DNA of 12,981 nt, taken from contig JAYUUO010000110.1 of NCBI GenBank assembly GCA_043754515.1, positions 1 through 12,981 on the forward strand. Direction: 5' to 3'. How positions within the stretch are numbered: position 1 is the stretch's first letter; every line of letters begins with the position of its first letter. A program made the position numbers and the translations under genes. This DNA comes from Armatimonadota bacterium (GTDB lineage: Bacteria > Armatimonadota > Armatimonadia > Armatimonadales > Armatimonadaceae). Shown piece by piece: positions 1 through 7,367 of this stretch. The notes beneath the pieces are model-generated. The model saw only the letters and a list, made by a program, of their open reading frames with translations, did no database searches and was not told where the DNA came from.

Positions 1-3
1 AGA

Positions 4-74
4 TTCCCAGACAGGGACTCGAACCCCGATAAACAGACCCAAATTCTGCTGTCCTGCCATTAGACGATCCGGGA
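4..74 (-). tRNA. tRNA-Gln, anticodon UUG; CCA not encoded
   Basis: Reverse complement folds as a cloverleaf: acceptor TCCCGGA/TCTGGGA (U1-A72, typical of bacterial tRNA-Gln), D arm GTCT-AATGGCA-GGAC, anticodon arm GCAGA-ATTTGGG-TCTGT, T arm CGGGG-TTCGAGT-CCCTG, discriminator A followed by TCT. Confidence 0.95.
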
Positions 75-123
75 GCGGTCGCGGAGGGGGCGGGAAAAAA
101 GGTTCCACCACCGTAACCGCGAC

Positions 124-152
124 ATGTTATCACACGTCGGAGTGCGTTTCAA
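124..152 (-). promoter_or_regulatory. sigma70-type promoter of tRNA-Gln
   Basis: Minus strand TTGAAA (152-147), 17 nt spacer, TAACAT (129-124), with extended -10 TG and a GC-rich discriminator (GTCGCGG); about 45-nt leader before the tRNA. Confidence 0.75.
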
Positions 153-225
153 GGATTTGTCGCCTCGGGAATGACGAAAATCGTGTGACAGGATGTCGTC
201 AACACTGCGGCAGACTTCCAGTTCT

Positions 226-2493
226 TTAGGTCAGTCTTGTATTGTTATCTCCCACTTTTTGCAGAAGATCACAGAGTGCTTCTACGGCAGAAGACCGCAC
301 GTGGCTGTATCTGTCTCTGAGGGCGTTAAGCAGGGCGGAAAGCATTTCCGGCGTTGCTTGCTGGCTTTCACCTAATGCTTTCGCCGCAGAAGGCCGCGTA
401 AGCCAGTTTTCGCTTTCGAGAGCGGCGAGTAGGACGGCAAGGAACTCCGGGGAGGATTGCCCCAGACGCGCTAACGCCCGCGCCGCATAATCGCGCATAT
501 TTCCGTCTCTGTTCTCAAGGGCGGCACGCAGAGCGGCGAGGACTTCTGGCGTGGCGAAACCGATCCGTGCTACCGCTTGCGCCGCGTTGCACCACATAGG
601 GATGTTCCCCTCTTTGAGGGCACCGAGCAGGGTCGCGTAAACTTCCGGCGTGGCCTGACCTATATCGCCTAACGCTCCTGTCGCCTGAGATTGTACCTGC
701 CAATGTTCATCCCCGACGGCACCGATCAAAGCCCGGATAACCTCCGGCGTTGCTTGTTCAAGTTGCTTGAGCGCGTTCACGGCGGAAAGGCGTACGTTCC
801 AGTCTTTATCTTGAATCACGGCGATCAGGGCGGCGAGGACTTCCGGCGACGCTTGACCGAGGCGACTTAGCGACCTCGCCGCGTACTGTCGCACCTCGCT
901 ATCTTCGCCCTCGAGAGCAGAAAGCAACGTAGCGTAGACTTCCGGCGTTCCCCGCCCGATATCCCCCAACGCCTGCGTGGCACTACGCCGAACATAGTCA
1001 TTTTCATCTTTGGTGGCATTCGTCAACGCCGTGAGAATTTCGGGCGTCACCTCGTTGCGTCGCCACAACGCATTCACGACATAATGTCGCACTTTCCAGC
1101 TCTCATCTCGGAGGGCGGATATCAAGACGGCGGGGAACTCCAGCGACGCTTGGCCGAGACGGTACAGAGCCGTTGTCACGCTTTGTTGCACCGAATGCGA
1201 TTCGTCATTGAGGGCGGCGAACAGAGCAACAAATACTTCCGGCGTGGTCTGACCGCTCTTCCCCAATGCCTCCGCCGCATGGCTTCGCACAGAACTGTCT
1301 TTGTCTTTAAGTGTTTCGCGCAGGGCATCTCTCGCTCTCGGCGTAGCCTGACCGCTCCGCCACAATGCCGTCATCGCTTCGGACTGCGCCTCGCTGTCTT
1401 GGTAATGAAGGGTGGCGAGCAGGGCGTCAACGATCTGCGGTGAATCCTGGCTGAGATGCCCTAACGACTCCGTCGCGCAAGTTTGCACAAACCAATCTTC
1501 TCCTTTGAGGGCGGCGAGTAGGGCATTCAAGATTTCCGGCGTGACCTGCCTGATTTTCCCCAACGCCCTTGCCGCAGGAGCCTGAATGCCGCCACTTTTG
1601 CTTTGGAGGGCGTCGGTCAGGGCGTCGGCGACTACCGGTACGGATTGACCAAGAAGTCCTAATGTGTCCGCAACGGAAGCACGCGCATCATAGTCTCCTT
1701 CTTTGAGAGCGGCAAGGAGAGCGTCCAAGATCTCCGGCGTAGTCTGACCGATTTGCCCGAGTGCCACAGCCGCGTCCTTCCGCATCGGGTAATCGCCGGA
1801 CTTGAGAGCGGTGAGCAGGGCGGCGGTAACTTCCGGACTAGCCTGCCCCGCATCACCTAACGCTTGCACCGTGCTACGCCGCACATTCCGGTCTTTATCT
1901 CCTAAGGCGGCGAGCAGGGCGTTCACGATCTCCGGCGTGACCGGCTTGATTCTTCCTAACGCCCTTGCCGCGCCCCGCCGCGTATCGCTGTTCCCATCGT
2001 TGAGGGAGGAGAGCAAAGCGGCAAAGACTTCCGGTTGTCGTTGCCCGCCCTGCCCCAACGCTCGCGCCGCATACTGTCGCACGTCCCAGTTTTCGTCTCC
2101 GAGCGCGGCAAGCAAGATGGCAGCGAACTCTGGCGACGCCGGGTTGAGACGTTCTAATGTCGCCCCCGCCGCAGACTGCGAGTACAAGTCCCCTACTTTG
2201 AGAGCGGCAAGAAGGGCGGCGAAAACCTCCGGCGCGACCCGTCCTATAGAACGCGCCGCACTCACCGCTTGCAACCGCTTCGCGTTGTCCGCGTTGTTGA
2301 GTCCGGTCAACAGGAAGGCGGTGGCTTCCGGCGCGAGTGGGGCGATACGGCCCAAAGCTTTAGCCGCAGTCTCCTGTTCTGCCTCGGAGGCCTCACGAAG
2401 CATCTCTACCAGCACGCCGATAAATTCGCGCGTCACGTCGTCGGCGGGCTTCAACGGAGTCGCGCCATCCAATGTGTCTCCGGGATTCGTCAT
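226..2493 (-). CDS. HEAT-repeat (PBS-lyase/HEAT_2-like) alpha-solenoid protein, 755 aa, no other domain visible
   Basis: Long ORF made almost entirely of repeats with consensus PEVxxALLxALxDxDxxVRxxAAxALGxxGQxT. No signal peptide, TM segment or P-loop seen. No clear SD, so the start is less certain. Confidence 0.9.
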   Translation of the reverse strand: MTNPGDTLDGATPLKPADDVTREFIGVLVEMLREASEAEQETAAKALGRIAPLAPEATAFLLTGLNNADNAKRLQAVSAARSIGRVAPEVFAALLAALKVGDLYSQSAAGATLERLNPASPEFAAILLAALGDENWDVRQYAARALGQGGQRQPEVFAALLSSLNDGNSDTRRGAARALGRIKPVTPEIVNALLAALGDKDRNVRRSTVQALGDAGQASPEVTAALLTALKSGDYPMRKDAAVALGQIGQTTPEILDALLAALKEGDYDARASVADTLGLLGQSVPVVADALTDALQSKSGGIQAPAARALGKIRQVTPEILNALLAALKGEDWFVQTCATESLGHLSQDSPQIVDALLATLHYQDSEAQSEAMTALWRSGQATPRARDALRETLKDKDSSVRSHAAEALGKSGQTTPEVFVALFAALNDESHSVQQSVTTALYRLGQASLEFPAVLISALRDESWKVRHYVVNALWRRNEVTPEILTALTNATKDENDYVRRSATQALGDIGRGTPEVYATLLSALEGEDSEVRQYAARSLSRLGQASPEVLAALIAVIQDKDWNVRLSAVNALKQLEQATPEVIRALIGAVGDEHWQVQSQATGALGDIGQATPEVYATLLGALKEGNIPMWCNAAQAVARIGFATPEVLAALRAALENRDGNMRDYAARALARLGQSSPEFLAVLLAALESENWLTRPSAAKALGESQQATPEMLSALLNALRDRYSHVRSSAVEALCDLLQKVGDNNTRLT
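253..2331 (-). repeat. 21 tandem 99-bp (33-aa) intragenic repeat units, plus a half unit on the N-terminal side
   Basis: Hand alignment from Pro55 to aa 747 gives 21 units with no indels; tccggcg-like words recur at about 99-bp spacing on the + strand. Confidence 0.9.
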
Positions 2494-2624
2494 TTATTGT
2501 GTCTATTCATCTCGCGTGCCAGCTATGCTCGCCCTTGCTTCTGCTACCCTTGCTCGACCCGCCGCCTTCTTTGGGTTTACCAAGGGTCAGGTGTCGCCGG
2601 TGGCCGGGGCACTCTCTGATCGTC

Positions 2625-2805
2625 GCCGTCCTTGTGCCCGTTATTCCCACCCATTAAACCAGAGCCGGGGACGCACCGCCGCCGGGCGTGGGCTGAACCC
2701 CATCCTTGTCCGAGAGTCGTGATCGAACCGGATAGTCCTGGACTCGATTTTCTGTTCTTTTTCCGACCCGAAATGTTCATGCCACTCCCCCGACACAGGC
2801 ACGGC
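2625..2805 (-). ncRNA. Candidate structured RNA of about 180 nt (unassigned)
   Basis: Four nested imperfect stems found by hand; G-U pairs favour the minus strand. No covariance evidence and no promoter identified. Confidence 0.25.
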
Positions 2806-2826
2806 ATCGCTCAAAATTGCTCGTTC

Positions 2827-5496
2827 CTACTTCCGCAGTAGGGTCGTGCTAACCGCCATCGGACGCAGATTGGTAGTCGCCTCCTTCATCCGCTCATCCG
2901 CGGTCTCCTTCATCCGCCGCCATTCGTCTTTCCACGCTTTGTCCAGTACCTCGTCCTCTGATAGCACGCGGAACTGAAAATAATGTTCTGTCATCTCGCT
3001 CTCGTCGTGCTCCCAACCCTTCAAAAGTTGCCACGGCACCGGGTTCAGACTGTTGAAGCAATCGGCCACGGCTCGCTTATAGGTTGTATTCAAGTTGCCA
3101 TCTAGTTGCGCCCCTTTGGTCTCGACCATCAGAAACGCGGGCGCGGCTTCGCCATCGTGGCGCATCTGGATCACGAAGTCGGGGTAGAAGCGTCCGCGCC
3201 GCCAGCCCTGTATACCGAACTCGCCGCTGATGTTGCGATACCACCAGAAAACGCCGGTGTCGGAGTCCACCGTGTAGCCGAAGTCTCGTTCCAGACCGTT
3301 GAAATCATCGTCCGACTCGTAGTCGAACAGATGGCGTCGCGGCTCCTCGTCGTTGAAGCGTAGCTTGCTACGTCCGATAGCACGCCGCTTCTCTTCCGGC
3401 ACCTCGTAGCGGCAGGGTTCGTGAAGCAGAGTAAACCCGATGCGGTCTTCAGCAAGAAGCGCGCGAAATCGGACTTCGGCAAGGCGGTTGGTCTCCGTCT
3501 CGATGAGCGCGGCGATCCTATCGCGCAGGGCGTACCGCGTCAGGGCGAGTTTCCCCGAAAGTTCCGGCTCGCGTCCGATGAGGCGCGGCAACACGCGGGC
3601 GATAACACGCATTCGCTCCTTCACGGAGTAGTGCGGCAGATCAACGTTCACGGCGAGCCATGCGGCCGTCGCTTCGTCGTTCTCAACCACCTCGTCGGGT
3701 ATCGCTTCGTCTCGCAGCTCGTTCATAATCCGGTCAATATGGAGCAGAGTGTAACGGTCACGGGCGTTCCGCAACTCGTCGCCAAGTCGCCAGTCGTCCA
3801 CGACCGAGAGGTCGAAATCGCGGTCATGGATGCCGGGGAGGAGGTGTCCATACCAGTTCATCTTCCGCCAGTCGGTGGTCGCGGGGTCGGCGCGATAGCA
3901 GAAGAATGGGAGCAGGATCTTGTGAGGGATCGGGGCGAGATATTTGTCTAGAAACTCGCGCTTGATGTGGGACGTTTTGTAGCCCTTCGCACCCGCGTTA
4001 GTGGCGTCGTTCTCCGTGTACACATAGTTATCAGCGTCGAACCCGGCGTCACCGAGCGATTTGCGGACGGCATCCACCGTCTTTTCCGTTTCTTTATGGC
4101 GGGCGAAAACGAAACACTGATCGAGAAGCTCGACGCCCGTTTTCGTCTGGTACGGCTGGCGCAACACCCGCCCGACCAACTGCGTAAGCGCGGACAGCGA
4201 GTTGCTGTTCAGGAGCGAAACAAGAAGGTAAGCGAACGGACAGTCCCACCCTTCTTTTAGAGCGTCGCGCGTGATGATCCACCGGATCGGGCAAGCCTCG
4301 TCCAGGAGGTCAACCCCTTTGAGCTCGTCGGTGTCGGAAGTTTTCACGGCGATCTGGTTCGCGGGGACGCCCAGGTTGATGGTCAGATACTTGCGGACAT
4401 CCTCGCTGTGGATGTAGCGGATGTCGTCGCGCTGGTCTTTGCCGGTGCGTTCCGCTTGCACGACGGCTATGGGGCGGATGTACCGCCCGCCGGACTCCAG
4501 CGACTTATCCGCTGCTTGCTCGATCTCCTGCCGTTTGCGATGCGCGGCGTCGAGGCAACGGTGGCTGTCCCCGATCCCGTCGCCGAAAACGCCGATGGGC
4601 AGTTTGATCATCTCCTCGCGGAGCAGCTCACCCCCGGTGACGCGCACGAGCAGATTGGTTTGCTTCGGAGTGGCGGAGAGTTGGACAAGGAGTGCCGGGT
4701 TGAGTTGCGCGAGAGTCTTCCGGGCGTTCTCCGACGCGGCTTTCTGCTGTTCGTCCACGATGACTATGGGACGACATATCCGGACGAGGTTGGCCAGGGA
4801 TGTTCGCGCGATCACGGAATCGCCGAGCGTGTCCAGATTGGAGACGCTTTCGCGCAGTTTGACGTGCCCTGCTTCGTCGTCTTCGGCGGGGAAGTGGGAC
4901 GGCAAGACTCGCCCGTCTCGAAAGTATTTGAGGGACTCTTTCGTGTCGGGGCGATTGACACTCTGGAGCATGAGGATAAAGACGTTCAGATCGCGGCGCA
5001 AGCCGAGCGGGGTCAGGCCGCCGATTTGGTCTTTCTCCCAAACCTTGACGCGGGTCCCGACGCTCTCTTTTAACGCGCGGTAGTAGAGATGGTTCGGGTC
5101 ACGCAGGGCGGCCACGGTCTGGTCGTAGATGCTCTGGGTGGGAACGAGCCAGAGGACAAGCCCGGCACCCTCGCGCTCGGGGAGCAGGAGGCGGAGCGCG
5201 GAACCGATTACCTGTGTGGCAAGCAGGGTCTTACCGCCGCCGGTGGGGACCAGTAGACAGACATTAGGCAGGTCGCGCCCATCCCCCGTCTCCATCTCGC
5301 CGTACTTGCCCATACTGACGGCAGTACCCTGACGAGCGCGGTTATTAGCGACGACTTTCCACGCGTCACTCGCGGCGTGACGGTTCGCGTCGTTGCTCTG
5401 CTCGCTCCGAAGCACGCTCAGATACTCGGCTACCTCTCCCATGACACGATCCTGATAACGCCGCAGGGTGACGGCGGAAGGAGTTTGATACGGCAT
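2827..5496 (-). CDS. res: Type III restriction endonuclease subunit (SF2 helicase-like ATPase + PD-(D/E)xK nuclease), 889 aa
   Basis: Walker A PTGGGKT, motif II IVDEQQ, motif III SAT, LKEGWD, QLVGRVLR, C-terminal YPDF...VETKG. Start moved to ATG 5496 (MPYQTP), which follows GGAG and lies 16 nt after the mod stop. Confidence 0.92.
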   Translation of the reverse strand: MPYQTPSAVTLRRYQDRVMGEVAEYLSVLRSEQSNDANRHAASDAWKVVANNRARQGTAVSMGKYGEMETGDGRDLPNVCLLVPTGGGKTLLATQVIGSALRLLLPEREGAGLVLWLVPTQSIYDQTVAALRDPNHLYYRALKESVGTRVKVWEKDQIGGLTPLGLRRDLNVFILMLQSVNRPDTKESLKYFRDGRVLPSHFPAEDDEAGHVKLRESVSNLDTLGDSVIARTSLANLVRICRPIVIVDEQQKAASENARKTLAQLNPALLVQLSATPKQTNLLVRVTGGELLREEMIKLPIGVFGDGIGDSHRCLDAAHRKRQEIEQAADKSLESGGRYIRPIAVVQAERTGKDQRDDIRYIHSEDVRKYLTINLGVPANQIAVKTSDTDELKGVDLLDEACPIRWIITRDALKEGWDCPFAYLLVSLLNSNSLSALTQLVGRVLRQPYQTKTGVELLDQCFVFARHKETEKTVDAVRKSLGDAGFDADNYVYTENDATNAGAKGYKTSHIKREFLDKYLAPIPHKILLPFFCYRADPATTDWRKMNWYGHLLPGIHDRDFDLSVVDDWRLGDELRNARDRYTLLHIDRIMNELRDEAIPDEVVENDEATAAWLAVNVDLPHYSVKERMRVIARVLPRLIGREPELSGKLALTRYALRDRIAALIETETNRLAEVRFRALLAEDRIGFTLLHEPCRYEVPEEKRRAIGRSKLRFNDEEPRRHLFDYESDDDFNGLERDFGYTVDSDTGVFWWYRNISGEFGIQGWRRGRFYPDFVIQMRHDGEAAPAFLMVETKGAQLDGNLNTTYKRAVADCFNSLNPVPWQLLKGWEHDESEMTEHYFQFRVLSEDEVLDKAWKDEWRRMKETADERMKEATTNLRPMAVSTTLLRK

Positions 5497-5512
5497 AAAG
5501 CGGGTACTCCGA

Positions 5513-7348
5513 TTAGCGCAGTTGAGCCGGAAGAAGACGCTCGCTAATATTTTTCTGGTGGTTTTTTTGCCACGCGGCTTTCTCCTCGGGGTCGAGCCAC
5601 AGTTTCTCGGTGTAAGCGGTGATGGCTTTCGCGGGATCGGATTCGAGTAGCGCGAGCATATCGAGGTCGAGGGCGCGGCTGGCGTCGGGATCGGGAGAGT
5701 AGAGTAGATAAAGGGCGGTGTCGCCGACGCGACCAACGAACCCGGTCTCCGGGTCAGCGTTTGTCGCGTCGAAAGCGGAAAGCGTTTCGGTCTGCCACAC
5801 ATAGCCCGCGAGTTCGTGCCACGGAGCGCCGGACCGCAGAACGCCGTAGTAGCCTTTGAGCGGCTCGTCGGACAGGGCGCAGTAGGTGAAGGAGCCGCCG
5901 AGGGCGGGTACCTTCTCGCCGACACCCTCTATCACGCGCTTAATCCGCTCGCGGGTGATGTCGCGGGCGATGTTACGACCCGTGCGTTCGTCACCCTTGC
6001 TGTCGTATGGCATCTGGACAGTGATGAAGCGGCGGTTCCCGCCGTCTTCGGCGTTGAGCTGGAGAACGGCGTGCGCGGTCGTGCCGCTCCCGGCGAAGGA
6101 GTCCAGGATTATGTCGTCGCCAGATGCATGAAGTCGCAATATCTTCGCTATAACTTCATGGTCCTTAGGATTGTTGAATACCTTTTTTCCCATTATCTTG
6201 CGTAAATACTTGACGGAGGATTGAGACTGCTTGTAGAGAACGCTCGGCATTACTTGAAGTCCGATTCCTAAATCATCAGCATCATTCTCCGCGGGATTTT
6301 CCTCCTCAGCATCTTCCTCCTCGAATTCCTCTTCGGGGACGCCCTCGTACTCCTCCGGGACGACCATCAGATGTCGCTTTCGTAGAGGTGGCGCACTGTG
6401 ATCCTCGCGAAAAACGACCAACTTCCGGTCAATATGCTTCTGCATGGTTTCGGGCGTCGAGAAGATCCATCCGCGCTCCGGCACCTTGCATGGCTGTTTC
6501 GTCACCGGATGTATTACATCATAACGCGGTCCCCCGCCGCCTGGCCACGAAATGTCACCGTCCCGCCAAGGGCCATACCCATCCACGTTTTTGTAGCGAC
6601 TTAATTTCTTGGATGGGTGGGTTTTCGGAAGGCTACGAAACCACTCTTGTAAATCTGCCTCAATCGTCTCAAAGCCGCCTTTGGCTTCCGACCTCGCCTC
6701 CTTCCACCGTGCTATGATCTCCAACGCACCAGGCTTCTGCTCGCGCCAAACCGTTCCATTGACTTTCAACAACTCTTTCGATTTAGCGAACAAGAGGATG
6801 TACTCATGCCCAACCGAAACAAGTTTCGCATCGTTCTTCCTCCCCTTTTCCCAAACGAGCGAAGCTAGGAAATTGTCTTCGCCGAAAATCTCGTCTATCA
6901 ACATCCGCAGGTGATGAACCTCATTATCATCAATAGATACGAAGATCACCCCGTCCTCGCGGAGTAGTTCGCGCAGAAGCATCAGGCGCGGGTACATCAT
7001 GCAACACCACTTGTCGTGACGGTTAAAATCCTCGCCCTGGGGGCCGACTTCCTGACCCAGCCACTCCTTGAAAATCGCGCCGGAAACATTGTCGTTGTAA
7101 ACCCAGTGCTCGTTGCCGGTGTTATAGGGCGGGTCTACATAGATACACTTCACCTTGCCCTGGAAATGGGGGAGCAAGGATTGGAGCGCGAGCATGTTAT
7201 CGCCCTCTATGAGCAGGTTGCCCGACAGAGATGGGGCAACCCCATCTGGCAGCACAGACAACCCAGCGTCGGGAACGAGCGCGTAATAGGGTAGGTTCTC
7301 GTGGTGGCGTTCAATGAAGGCACGTCCCCTGAAGTTGAGCGTTGGCAT
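5513..7348 (-). CDS. mod: Type III RM adenine DNA methyltransferase (beta-class motif order), 611 aa
   Basis: NLLIEGDN, catalytic IYVDPPYNTG, SIDDNE, central variable region, PK motif, then SAM-binding DSFAGSGTT; directly upstream of res. Start ATG 7348 (MPTLNFRG) follows GAGGG. Confidence 0.95.
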   Translation of the reverse strand: MPTLNFRGRAFIERHHENLPYYALVPDAGLSVLPDGVAPSLSGNLLIEGDNMLALQSLLPHFQGKVKCIYVDPPYNTGNEHWVYNDNVSGAIFKEWLGQEVGPQGEDFNRHDKWCCMMYPRLMLLRELLREDGVIFVSIDDNEVHHLRMLIDEIFGEDNFLASLVWEKGRKNDAKLVSVGHEYILLFAKSKELLKVNGTVWREQKPGALEIIARWKEARSEAKGGFETIEADLQEWFRSLPKTHPSKKLSRYKNVDGYGPWRDGDISWPGGGGPRYDVIHPVTKQPCKVPERGWIFSTPETMQKHIDRKLVVFREDHSAPPLRKRHLMVVPEEYEGVPEEEFEEEDAEEENPAENDADDLGIGLQVMPSVLYKQSQSSVKYLRKIMGKKVFNNPKDHEVIAKILRLHASGDDIILDSFAGSGTTAHAVLQLNAEDGGNRRFITVQMPYDSKGDERTGRNIARDITRERIKRVIEGVGEKVPALGGSFTYCALSDEPLKGYYGVLRSGAPWHELAGYVWQTETLSAFDATNADPETGFVGRVGDTALYLLYSPDPDASRALDLDMLALLESDPAKAITAYTEKLWLDPEEKAAWQKNHQKNISERLLPAQLR

Positions 7349-7358
7349 TGTGTCCCTC

Positions 7359-7367
7359 ATCTTACCA
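7359..7367 (-). promoter_or_regulatory. Possible extended -10 promoter for mod-res
   Basis: TGGTAAGAT, the same TGnTAnnAT pattern seen at rnpB and the tRNA. No -35 match; it lies only 10 nt from the ATG. Confidence 0.4.

Noticed and set aside
253..2331. CRISPR array or true TALE repeats
   Set aside because: Repeats are degenerate, in frame and coding, with a HEAT consensus; no identical repeats with spacers, no TALE consensus and no cas genes.
2584..2700. Alternative plus-strand fold or known riboswitch (TPP, cobalamin, glycine, c-di-AMP)
   Set aside because: Core consensus motifs are absent, and no plus-strand gene follows.
1802..2722. 306-aa plus-strand ORF
   Set aside because: Antisense shadow of the HEAT gene, Ala/Arg/Ser-rich with no motifs.
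2577..2807. 76-aa minus-strand ORF and overlapping 69-aa plus-strand ORF
   Set aside because: No recognisable motifs, low-complexity composition, and the GGGGAG is only 4 nt from the internal ATG; not supportable as genes.
5513..7348. Phase-variable simple-sequence repeat in mod
   Set aside because: No SSR tract seen; the longest homopolymers are only 6-7 nt.
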